Both the position numbers and the translations under genes were made by a program. A DNA stretch of 64,000 nucleotides from an uncultured Chloroflexia bacterium. GTDB taxonomy: Bacteria > Chloroflexota > Limnocylindria > QHBO01. The notes under the pieces were generated by a model. It did not search any database. It was not told the DNA's origin and saw only the letters and a list, made by a program, of their open reading frames with translations. The stretch lies in contig CAWAHY010000003.1 of NCBI GenBank assembly GCA_963782015.1, positions 2,674 to 66,673 of the forward strand, given 5' to 3'. This document shows positions 1 to 8,584 of this stretch, piece by piece; the stretch's first letter is position 1, and every line of letters begins with the position of its first letter.

Positions 1-30
1 GCCAGCCGGCTCAGGGCGACGCCGGGCGGG

Positions 31-948
31 ATGGCCTGGATCGGGCTCTTCCGGCCGGACCCGCACCAGCTGCAGGCCGTGGCCGAGGAGTTCGGTCTGC
101 ACGAGGTGGCCGTCGAGGACGCCATCGTCGCCCATCAGCGACCCAAGCTCGAGCGCTACGACGAGATCCTCTTCGTCGTCCTGCGCGCGGCCACCTACCT
201 CGACGAGATCGAGGAGGTCGAGTTCGGCGAGATCCACATCTTCATCGGTCCTGACTTCGTCATCACCGTCCGCCACAGCGCCACCCCGGACCTGCATGCG
301 GTGCGCAGCCGGATGGAGGCCGATCCCGATCTCCTGCGACTGGGCCCCGAGGCGGTGCTGTACGCGATCCTGGACGGCGTGGTGGACGGCTACGCGCCGG
401 TGGTGGCCGGGCTCCAGAAGGACATCGACGAGATCGAGACCGAGGTCTTCGGCGGCGACCCGAAGGTGAGCCGCCGCATCTACGAGCTGTCGCGCGAGGT
501 GATCGACTTCCAGCGTTCGGTCAAGCCGCTGCTGGGGATGTTGAGCGGCCTCGAGCAGGGGTTCGAGAAGTACGACACCGATGAGGAGCTGCGCCGCCGC
601 CTCCGCGACGTGGCCGACCACGCCACCATCGTCGCCGAGCGGGTCGACGGCTTCCGCCAGATGCTGTCCGACATCCTGACGGTCAACGCCACGCTCGTGA
701 ACCAGGCCCAGAACGAGGAGATCAAGGCGCTCACCGTCAGCACCTTCGACCAGAACGAGCAGGTCAAGCGGATCAGCGCCTGGGCCGCGATCCTGTTCGC
801 GCCGACCCTGATCGGGACCGTCTACGGCATGAACTTCGCGGACATGCCGGGGCTGCGCGAGGCGTGGGGATTCGCCTTCTCGGTGGCCCTGATGCTGGGC
901 GTCAGCCTGGGCCTGTACCTCGTCTTCCGGCGGCGCGGCTGGCTCTGA
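31..948 (+). CDS. corA: CorA-family Mg2+/Co2+ transporter (5' end may lie outside the window)
   Basis: 305-aa ORF with C-terminal 'YGMNF' (GMN signature) flanked by hydrophobic helices. The frame stays open back to nt 1, so the true start may be upstream. Confidence 0.85.
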   Translation: MAWIGLFRPDPHQLQAVAEEFGLHEVAVEDAIVAHQRPKLERYDEILFVVLRAATYLDEIEEVEFGEIHIFIGPDFVITVRHSATPDLHAVRSRMEADPDLLRLGPEAVLYAILDGVVDGYAPVVAGLQKDIDEIETEVFGGDPKVSRRIYELSREVIDFQRSVKPLLGMLSGLEQGFEKYDTDEELRRRLRDVADHATIVAERVDGFRQMLSDILTVNATLVNQAQNEEIKALTVSTFDQNEQVKRISAWAAILFAPTLIGTVYGMNFADMPGLREAWGFAFSVALMLGVSLGLYLVFRRRGWL

Positions 949-960
949 GCCGTCAAGCGA

Positions 961-988
961 AGAGGCCGGTGCGCCTGCACCGGCCTCT
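961..988 (+). terminator. Perfect 12-bp stem / 4-nt loop hairpin just after corA
   Basis: AGAGGCCGGTGC (961-972), GCCT loop, GCACCGGCCTCT (977-988). No U-tract follows, so intrinsic-terminator function is only inferred. Confidence 0.45.
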
Positions 989-1042
989 CAGCCGCGCGGC
1001 GGTCGACGCCTAGGAGACCTGGTCGTGCGAGCCCGGCGCGGC

Positions 1043-1168
1043 GGTCACCGGGTGACTCCAACGGACGAGATGAGGCGTGTGCTCGGCCGTGATAGCCACG
1101 GGGCGGCCAGACAGACGACAAGCGCGGCGGTCGAGGCGCTTCTCGGCCGTTATAGCCGCCGGGTGACC
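1043..1168 (+). repeat. Family-A 126-bp mosaic inverted-repeat element, copy 1 of 5
   Basis: Left end GGTCACCGGGTGACTCCAACGGACGAGA. Right end TCTCGGCCGTTATAGCCGCCGGGTGACC is approximately its reverse complement. An internal direct copy of the right unit is present. Aligns gap-free with copy 2. Confidence 0.85.
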
Positions 1169-1189
1169 ACATGGGGCGAACACGCGAAA

Positions 1190-1221
1190 GCGGCTCGACG
1201 GGGTGACCCCGGCCGAGCCGC
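1190..1221 (-). terminator. Hairpin downstream of the small minus-strand ORF
   Basis: GCGGCTCG (1190-1197) pairs with CGAGCCGC (1214-1221). It lies 24 nt past the stop at 1245. Confidence 0.35.
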
Positions 1222-1244
1222 TTCCTGGATCGGACGCATGTCCG

Positions 1245-1586
1245 TTACTTCGCGGCCGCTTCCGCTGCCGCCTGGCCGGTCAGCCGATCGGACCAGGCCT
1301 TGTTTGCCCGCGCGAGGCGCACCGCTTCGGATCGGGCCTGTGCCTGGAGGGTCTCGTCCTCGAGGCTCGCGGCCTGGGCCGTCAGCCGAGCCGACCACGT
1401 CGCCAATGCACGCTCGCTGCGAGCCTTCTCCAGCTCCTGCGCGGCCTGCCCGTTGAGACGCGCAGACCATGCGTCGTCGGCGCGGTTGCTGTCGTTCCCG
1501 CCCGGGAGAACGAAGGCGGTGGCCATGATCAGGACCAGCATCAGGACCAGGATCGCCACGCCTTGGATCTTGTGGGTGGTAGTCAT
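1245..1586 (-). CDS. Small N-terminally membrane-anchored protein with three (A/T)WS(A/D)RL(N/T)(G/A)QAA repeats, unknown function
   Basis: 113-aa ORF. Strong SD AAGGAG (complement of 1594-1599) sits 7 nt before the ATG. TM helix 'VAILVLMLVLIMATAFVL'. Three spaced sequence repeats in an Ala/Glu/Arg-rich tail. Confidence 0.6.
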   Translation of the reverse strand: MTTTHKIQGVAILVLMLVLIMATAFVLPGGNDSNRADDAWSARLNGQAAQELEKARSERALATWSARLTAQAASLEDETLQAQARSEAVRLARANKAWSDRLTGQAAAEAAAK

Positions 1587-1695
1587 CGGTTTGCTCCTTG
1601 TCTCGTTCCCTCACCAGCCAATCTGGCCGGCGGTTCTGGGAGGAACGATGCGGAGCAGCGATCGACGCGGAGCCTATCCAGCCTCTAGCGCGGCT

Positions 1696-4600
1696 CTATG
1701 TCAGGGGTGGGTGGCATTCGCCCGGCGCGATCCCGATATCAACCGCCTCGTCGGCCTTGCCCTCCGGGATGCACGGGACCGTGATCTCGCCGCTGATGAT
1801 CCTGGCCTTGAGCGCCTCGAGCGCGCCGCGAATATCGTCGATGTAGCCACCGCTGTACGCGATGTCCATGGCGCCCGACTCGAGGCCCCACTTCAGAGAC
1901 GCCGGGCTCGAACTTGCGCTGTGCATAGTCCGCGACGACCGCGTAGATCTCGGCATCGATCCCCTTGAGGACCGAGGTGAGGATGTGCCCCTGCCAGGCT
2001 CGCGCATTCGCGGCTCCTCCGGGCAGGAGGAGGACGGTCTGGTACTGGTCGGTGTCGACCCCGATCGCCCACACGTGGTGGTCCGATTCGGCCGAGTACT
2101 GCGTCGCCGCGTCGAAGAGCCCCAGCCCCGACGTCCCCGAGGCGTGGAAGATCACGTCCGCGCCGTCGCGGTACATCTGCAGCCCGACCTCCCGGGCTCC
2201 GTCGACGTCGTTGAAGCCCGAGAAGTCATCTCCGTCGTTCAGGTACTCGGCGAGGATCGTGATGTCCGGTCGGACGGCACGGGCCCCCGCCTCGTAGCCC
2301 GCCTGGAACGGCCAGATGCCGTCCCAGTCCACGCCACCGATGTACCCGATGATGCCGGTCGTGCTCTTCATCGCGGCCGCGGCCCCGGCCAGGTACGAGG
2401 GCTCGGAGTCGACCGTCGTGTAATACAGCACGTTCGGCAAGGGGGTTCCGAGGTGATTCATCGCGAACAGGGTCTCGGGGTGCTCCCGCGCGATCTGCTC
2501 CATGTCAGGTGGCCAGTATTGCCTGTCGAGGATGATCAGCCCAACGCCGTCGGCGAGGAGCTGCCGGACCTCAGCAGCCGTCTCCGCCCGGTATCGGTCG
2601 CCTCCCTCGGGGCCGCTGTCCCACCCCTCGCCGTACTGCGAGACCAGCTGCGTGAGGACGTCGGCCAAGTAGAACTTCCGTCCCGCCAGGCCGAACTCGG
2701 TCACGGCCCGGTCGAAGCCGCCCATGGCCTGCTGGTCCACAAGGCCGTGTTCGGTCCACATGAACGCGACCGGTGCCAGCGGTCGGGGGATCGCAACGAA
2801 GGCAAAGGCCGCCGCTCCACCAAAGGTCAGGACTGCGACGGCCAGGGCGATGAGCCGCCTGCGCGCGCTGCGCTGCAGGCGAGTGCGTGCGTCGAGCTCC
2901 GCGTCCCTCGCGAGCGACTCCGATCGGCTCCGCTCCAGCCCGGCCTCCAGGAACTCGCGCTCCCGGGTGGTCAGCTGGAGGGTGCCCTCGCGGCTCCACG
3001 TCTCGAATTCGGCGAGTCGCGTGCCGGTCAGCAGGTAGTCGGCGTTCCGTTCGGAGAGCTCCCATTCATCCACCGCGGAGAGCAGCGCGTCCCGCCGGCG
3101 CAGGGCGGCCCGATGGCGGTCGATCCAGCCGGCCAGCCGCTCCCATTCGGTGAGCAGCGCCTCGTGGGCCATCTCGACCGTCGCCTCATCGGTCGCGGGG
3201 TCGTGGTCGAACGTCAGGAGCCGATGCCGACCAAACGCCGTCAGCACGTTGGAGAGCGCGACCGCGTCGATCTGGAGATCCGTCATCTCCGAGAGCGTCA
3301 GCCGGCGGCGGAAGTCGGCGCTGCCGCGGCCGAGGCGCACCAGGCGCAGGAACAGCTGCGTCGCGATCTGCTGGCCATCGGCGTCGAGACCGAGGAAGAC
3401 CGCCTCCGCTCGCCGGGAGAGGACGCCGCGCAGGCCGCCAAGCGCGACGTAGCCGGCATGGGTCAATACCTGGCCCGATCGTTGCTCGAACAGCTCGGTG
3501 AGCGCGTACTGGAGGAGGGGGAGGCTGCCCCGGCCGGCGACCGACTCGGCGACGAGCTCGGCGAGCAGGGCAGGCTCGACCTTGACCCCGACGCGTTCGG
3601 CGGGCTCGACCACGGCCGCCTCCAGCTCGGCGGCGCTCATGGGCAGGACGTGCACCACGCCCGGCACGAAGACGGCGCTGAACTCGGGGTGCTGAAGGGG
3701 GCGGTCGTAGAAGTCGGCGCGCAGGGTCAGGACCACGGTGAGCTGGCCATCCGGGTCGCTGAGCTCGGCGGCGAGTGCCTTGAGGAACGCGTTGCGGCGC
3801 GCCTCGTCCGCAACGGTGAAGAGCTGCTCGAACTGGTCGAGGACAAGGAGCACGCGTCGGCCTGGCTCCTGGGCGCCGAGTCCGAGTCCGGATGCCGTTC
3901 GGCTCTTGTTGGCAGAGCCGGTCGCGCGCAGGACCGCGGCGCGGACCTCGCCAAGTGGATCGGCTCCGACCGGGACCGTGACGACCCGCCACTTGTCAGA
4001 GCCTTCCACCGCGCCGGAACGCAGGCGCGGGATGAGGCCGGCCGCGACGACGCTCGACTTGCCGGACCCGGACGGCCCGACCAGCGCGATCAGCCGCTGG
4101 CCCGCCTCGACCGATGCCAGCAGGCCCTCGACCAGCCTGTCCCGCCCGAAGAAGTCGTCCGCGTCGTTCTCGCCGAAGGGTTGGAGGCCCTTGTACGGGT
4201 TGCGGGTGGTGGTTGCGTCCGGCTCGCGATCGGCGATCGGGACGAGGGCGGGATCGTGGAGGAGGACTCGGTCGCGCATCCGCTGGAGCGCGGGCGACGG
4301 ATCCAGACCCAGCTCGTCGCGGAGCTGGACGCGCAGGTTGTCGTAGTTGCGGAGCGCCTCGGCATGGCGGCCGGATCGGTACAGCGCGACCATCAGGAGC
4401 TCGCGCGAGCGCTCCCGCAGCGGGTCGTCTCGGATCGCGGCCTCGAGCAACGGGATCGCCTGCCCGGCTCGGCCCGCTTCGAGCTCCGAGGATGCCAGCG
4501 TCTCGATCGCGTCCAGGTGCAGGTCGTTCAGCCGCCGCACATAGGGCTGGGCGAATTCCTCGTATTCGAAGTCGGACAGCGCCGGGCCGCGCCACAGCTC

Positions 4601-4990
4601 GAGGGCGGTGCGCAGGGTGGCGACGGCCGCGTCGCGCTTCCCCTGGTTGAGCTGCTCGGAGCCCTGCTGCACAAGGCGCTCGAAGTGCTTGGCGTCGACC
4701 GTATCGGGCGGCGTGTCGAGCTGGTAGCCCGGCGGGCGGGTCAGGATCAGGCGGTTGCCCGCGATCGGCTCCAGCGACTTGCGCAGGTCGGAGACGTAGA
4801 TCTGGATCGAGTGCGCCGCGGTGCGCGGCGGCTCGTCGCCCCATAGCAGATCGATCAGGCGGTCAATCGAGACGATCTCGCCGACGTGGAGCAGGAGGAT
4901 CGCCAGGACCGCGCGCTGCTTGGGCGGGCCGAGGTCGACGACGGCTCCGTCGGAGCCCGCCTCGAGTGCGCCGAGTAGTCGAAATTGCAT
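1696..4990 (-). CDS. Multidomain regulator: SARP (OmpR-type wHTH + BTAD) - P-loop STAND-type NTPase - TM helix - extracytoplasmic BMP/PnrA-like binding domain; one frameshift near the 3' end
   Basis: N-terminus 'MQFRLLGALE..DRLIDLLWGDEPP..YVSDLRKSL' plus a BTAD-like helical region. Walker A 'LVGPSGSGKSSVVAAGLIP'. TM 'LIALAVAVLTFGGAAAFAFVAI'. BMP-like 'GIIGYIGGVDW..VWAIGVDTDQ'. The last ~65 aa ('LKWGLESGAMDIAYSGGYIDD..') continue in the frame of ORF 1696-2007. Junction ~1900. Confidence 0.75.
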
Positions 4991-5109
4991 CTGGCCGTCC
5001 TGGATCAGCGAGCTTGAATCGTGGGATGCCCATCGGCATCGGTCAAGAACAATCGCGATCCTGGGTGGATGCGCTCTACGCCGGCTCTAGGGGAGCCTCT
5101 GGACGCCGC

Positions 5110-5235
5110 GGTCACCGGGCGGCTCCAACGGACGACATGAGGCGCTTGCCCGGCGGCGACAGCCACGGGGCGACCAGACAGACGACGAGCGCGGCGTTCG
5201 AGGCGCTTCTCGGCCGTTAGAGCCACCCGGTGACC
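5110..5235 (+). repeat. Family-A element, copy 2 of 5
   Basis: Gap-free alignment to copy 1 with 15 mismatches in 126 nt (hand count). Same orientation. Confidence 0.85.
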
Positions 5236-5269
5236 GGGGTCCCAACGGCGCGGCTGGCCCAAGCCGGCG

Positions 5270-5674
5270 CTACGCGGGTTCCAGGATCACGAGGCTCTTG
5301 AACTCCGAGCGGTAGAAGCCGCGATCGCGAGTCAGCAGCCGCTCGGCGCGCGTCGTCGCGTGGACGCCGATGAGCAGGTCCGGCAGGATCCGCCGCCTGG
5401 TGCCACCCGCCGCCCGATACCGCTGCCAGGCGATGCCCGCCGCCAGGGCGGTGTCGCGGTCGAGGGGATCGAACGCCACCTCGAGCCCATCGAGTGCACG
5501 GGACGCGGCGGCGGCATCGGCGAATGCCGCGGCAACCTCCGCCCATACCACCTCGCAGGCGACCAGGCTGCCCTCGGCCCAGCAGCGGCGGAGCGCGTCG
5601 CGCGATGCTGCGCCGTGCCGGGCGTCGGCGGTGAAGACGTCCAGCAGCACGTTGGTGTCGACCGCGGTGATCAT
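5270..5674 (-). CDS. vapC: PIN-domain toxin VapC
   Basis: 'MITAVDTNVLLDV' N-terminal acidic PIN motif, ~134 aa. The ATG overlaps the upstream antitoxin stop (ATGA at 5671-5674). Confidence 0.85.
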   Translation of the reverse strand: MITAVDTNVLLDVFTADARHGAASRDALRRCWAEGSLVACEVVWAEVAAAFADAAAASRALDGLEVAFDPLDRDTALAAGIAWQRYRAAGGTRRRILPDLLIGVHATTRAERLLTRDRGFYRSEFKSLVILEPA

Positions 5675-5892
5675 CCCTGGCCCCGCGCTCGGTCGACAAA
5701 CATGTCGACCGATTCGGGCAGCTCCAGGATGCCCCACGCCGCGTCGATCGCGTCGCTCGTCTGCGCCTTGCGCGCGACCAGGCGACCCCCCTCGGCATCG
5801 AAGTCGAGCACGGCACCGGGTCGAATCCCCAGCCGGGTGCGCAGCGCCTTCGGGATGGTGACCTGGCCCTTCTCCGAGACGGTGGCTTTCAT
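5671..5892 (-). CDS. vapB: AbrB/SpoVT-MazE-type antitoxin VapB
   Basis: 'MKATVSEKGQVTIPKALRTRLGIRPG' looped-hinge-helix motif, 73 aa, translationally coupled to vapC. Confidence 0.8.
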   Translation of the reverse strand: MKATVSEKGQVTIPKALRTRLGIRPGAVLDFDAEGGRLVARKAQTSDAIDAAWGILELPESVDMFVDRARGQG

Positions 5893-5898
5893 ACCGAC

Positions 5899-5927
5899 AG
5901 AGTAGGAATGCCTACTTGAGATGTCAA
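5899..5927 (-). promoter_or_regulatory. Putative vapBC promoter (leaderless)
   Basis: On the minus strand: TTGACA (complement of 5922-5927), 17 nt, TACTCT (complement of 5899-5904), 6 nt, ATG at 5892. Confidence 0.5.
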
Positions 5928-5972
5928 GACCGAGCCGCGAGTGAGTGCTGGCGGAGGGGTTGGTGCGCGGGG

Positions 5973-7992
5973 ATGGCAGAATGCTCCGATCCGAGGAGGC
6001 GCCGATTGACCCAGGCATCGCAGCTGCTCGACACCGCGCGCGGCGCGCTGGCACGCCACGAATGGCGATCGGCCTTTGATGGGCTCTCGGCAGCCGATGC
6101 GAAGGAGCCCCTTACCCCGGCCGGGCTGGCGCTGCTGGCCGAGGCCGCCTGGTGGACCGGCCAGCTGCCGGTCGCAATCGAGGCGCGTGAACGGGCCTTC
6201 GCCGGCGCCCTGAAGGCGGGGAAGTACCAGATCGCGGTCGAGGCCGCCATCAACCTGGCGCGCGACAGCATCTTCCGGCTGGCGATCCCGGTCGCTCAGG
6301 CCTGGATCAAGCGCGCCGAGCAGATGCTCGAGGGGATGCCGGAGAACCCCGGCCACGGCTGGCTGGAGGGCGTCAAGGCGGGGCTCGCATCGGTCTCGGG
6401 GAAGAACGAGGAGTCGATCGCACATGCCGTCCGCGCCCAGGAGATCGCCGGGCGCCTGGGGCTGCCGGACCTGCGCGCCTTTGCCATGGCCGGACAGGCG
6501 GCAGGCCTGCTGGCGAGGGGCGACCTCGAGCAGGGCTTCGCCCTCGCAGACGAGGCAGCGGTGGCCGCCATCAGCGGCGAGCTCGAGCCAGGGGTGGCGG
6601 GCGGCGTCTTCTGCGCGACGATCGAGGCGTGCGCCGGGGTCGGCGACGTTAAGCGCGCCCAGGAGTGGACGGAGGCCCAGGACCGATGGTGCAAGCGCGA
6701 GGGGATCAACGGCTTCCCGGGCATGTGCCGCCTGTTCCGGTCCGATGTCAAACGGCTCCACGGCTCGTGGCCCGAGGCGGAGGCGGAGGCGCAGGCGGCC
6801 TCGGTTGAGCTGCGGGGCTACATCCCCGGCGCGGCCGGGCTGGCGCTCTACCAGGTCGGCGAGATCCGGCTGCGTCGCGGCGACCTGCCGGCAGCCGAGG
6901 AGGCGCTGCTCGGCGCCCATGCGCTGGGCCAGGACACCGAGCCGATGCTCTCCCTGCTGCGGCTGGCACAGGGCAAGACCGCCGCCGCAGTGGACTCGAT
7001 TCGGCGGGCACTGACGGAGCCGGGGCGGCCCTCATGGCGAGCGGCGACCGACAGCGCGGTCCATCGGATCGTCCTGCTGCCCGCGCAGGTCGAGATCCTG
7101 GTGGCTGCCGGGGACGTGGTTGGGGCGCGCGCTGCCGCCGACGAGCTGGCCGCGCTGGCCGAGAAGTTCGACACGCCGTCGGTCCGGGCAAGTGCAGCGT
7201 CCGCAGCCGGGGAGGTTGCGCTGGCGGAGGGGCGGCTCGATGAGGCGGGCACGCGGCTGCGCGAGGCGGTGGGGCTGTGGACCGGGCTCGACGCCCCGTA
7301 CGAGGCGGCGCGCATGCGCCTCCTCCTGGCCGATGCCTATCGCGGCGAGCCGGACCGCGCGGCGATCGAGGCGCGCACCGCGCGCGATGCCTTCGAGCGG
7401 CTGGGAGCGGCGCTGGACCTGCGCCGCGCGGATTCCGTGGCCGCTGCCCTCGCCGGCGGCGCCGATGCCACTCCCCTGGGGATGGCCACGACCCGCGTGC
7501 GAGCGGGCATTCATGTTCACCGATATCGTCGACTCGACCCGCCTCGCCGAGACGCTCGGCGACGAGGCGTGGGACGGCCTCATCCGCTGGCACGACAAGA
7601 CGCTGCGTGCCTCGGTCGCCGAGCAGGGCGGGGAGGAGGTCAAGGCCACCGGGGACGGGCTCTTCGTCGCCTTCACCGATCCGGATCACGCGATCGAGGC
7701 GGCCATCACCATCCAGCGGCGGCTCGCTGAGCATCGGCGCAGCCAGGGGTTCGCGCCCGCGGTGCGTATCGGTATCCACCAGGCCGAGGCGAACCGGGTG
7801 GGGCTCGACTACACCGGGACCGGCGTGAACCAGGCCGCGCGGGTGGGAGCCGCGGCAGAGGGGGACGAGATCCTGGTCAGCGCGACCACCTTCGCCGGCG
7901 CGCGGCATTCGTTCACGGAGAGCGGCCGCCGGACCGTGAAGCTCAAGGGGCTGGCCGCTGCGGTCGAGGTGGTCTCCGTCGCCTGGCGCTGA
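5973..7992 (+). CDS. TPR-like helical-repeat protein fused to a C-terminal class III adenylate/guanylate cyclase domain; one frameshift at the domain junction
   Basis: ~500 aa of Ala/Leu-rich helical repeats, then 'ERAFMFTDIVDSTRL..KATGDGLFVAF..RIGIHQAEA' in the frame of ORF 7120-7992. Junction ~7500. Confidence 0.7.
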
Positions 7993-8007
7993 GGGCGGGC
8001 GCGGCGG

Positions 8008-8166
8008 CGCGCGCACGCTGGGCGTGCATATCCGGGAACCAGGGGGCAGATCGGCCTCAGAAGGGCCTCCGCGCTCGCAGCGTGCACGCTGAGCGAGCAT
8101 GCGACGCAAGATCGGCGGGTTTCTTGGCCTTCCTGCTTGGCTGTGCACGCTCAGCGTACGCGAGGA
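8008..8166. repeat. Family-B palindromic-unit (REP/BIME-like) cluster 1
   Basis: Three hairpin units: GCACGC-TGG-GCGTGC (8013-8027), GCTCGCAGCGTGCACGCTGAGCGAGC (~8072-8098), GTGCACGCTCAGCGTAC (~8143-8160). Confidence 0.75.
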
Positions 8167-8195
8167 CCATGCCGCGGGTAGCGCGACTGCATCCA

Positions 8196-8223
8196 TTGAC
8201 ACTACATCCGTTTCTGATATAGT
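8196..8223 (+). promoter_or_regulatory. Near-consensus sigma70-type promoter for padR (leaderless)
   Basis: TTGACA 8196-8201, 16-nt spacer, TATAGT 8218-8223, ATG at 8231 (7 nt downstream). Confidence 0.6.
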
Positions 8224-8230
8224 GCCGCCC

Positions 8231-8584
8231 ATGGATACCACCAGCCAGCCACCGACCCCCTCCCTCTCGCGCGTGCCGATGTACGTCCTGCTGGCCATCG
8301 GGCCGGGGGAGCGGCACGGCTACGCGATCATGGCCGAGGTCGCGCGCATGACGGACGGGGCCGTGCGGCTCGGTCCGGGCGCGGTCTACACCACCATCAA
8401 GCGGCTCCTGGATGACCGGCTCATCGAGGAGAGCGACGACCGCCCCGACCCCGACCTCGACGACCAGCGTCGTCGCTACTACCGCCTGACGGCGCTCGGG
8501 CAGGCGGCGGCATCGGCCCATGTTCGGCAGCTCGAGGCGATCGTCAGCGCCGCTCGGCCGTGGGTCCTGCGCAGCGACGCATGA
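8231..8584 (+). CDS. PadR-family transcriptional regulator
   Basis: 'LLAIGPGERHGYAIMAEV..GPGAVYTTIKRLLDDRLIEE..RRRYYRLTALG' winged-helix PadR signature. Confidence 0.85.
   Translation: MDTTSQPPTPSLSRVPMYVLLAIGPGERHGYAIMAEVARMTDGAVRLGPGAVYTTIKRLLDDRLIEESDDRPDPDLDDQRRRYYRLTALGQAAASAHVRQLEAIVSAARPWVLRSDA

Noticed and set aside
1862-4846. 994-aa plus-strand ORF covering almost the whole SARP-STAND-BMP gene. Similar giants occur elsewhere: 8520-11171 plus, 17779-19323 minus, 35602-37599 minus, 54295-56916 minus and 62400-63791 minus.
   Set aside because: They are antisense or out of frame to genes with clear family signatures. Their translations are Arg/Gly/Ala/Pro/His-rich with no motif. Long stop-free shadow ORFs are expected in GC-rich DNA.
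5270-5892. vapBC as a candidate novel system.
   Set aside because: It is an ordinary type II PIN/AbrB toxin-antitoxin pair with textbook ATGA coupling and a consensus-like promoter. I annotated it but it is not novel.
7462-7992. A stand-alone ~176-aa cyclase gene starting at the in-frame ATG near 7462, instead of a TPR-cyclase fusion.
   Set aside because: This is possible but less likely. The upstream TPR ORF would then end in 76 aa of obvious out-of-frame sequence overlapping the cyclase gene, and the cyclase domain would have essentially no N-terminal lead-in. I kept it as an alternative in the finding.
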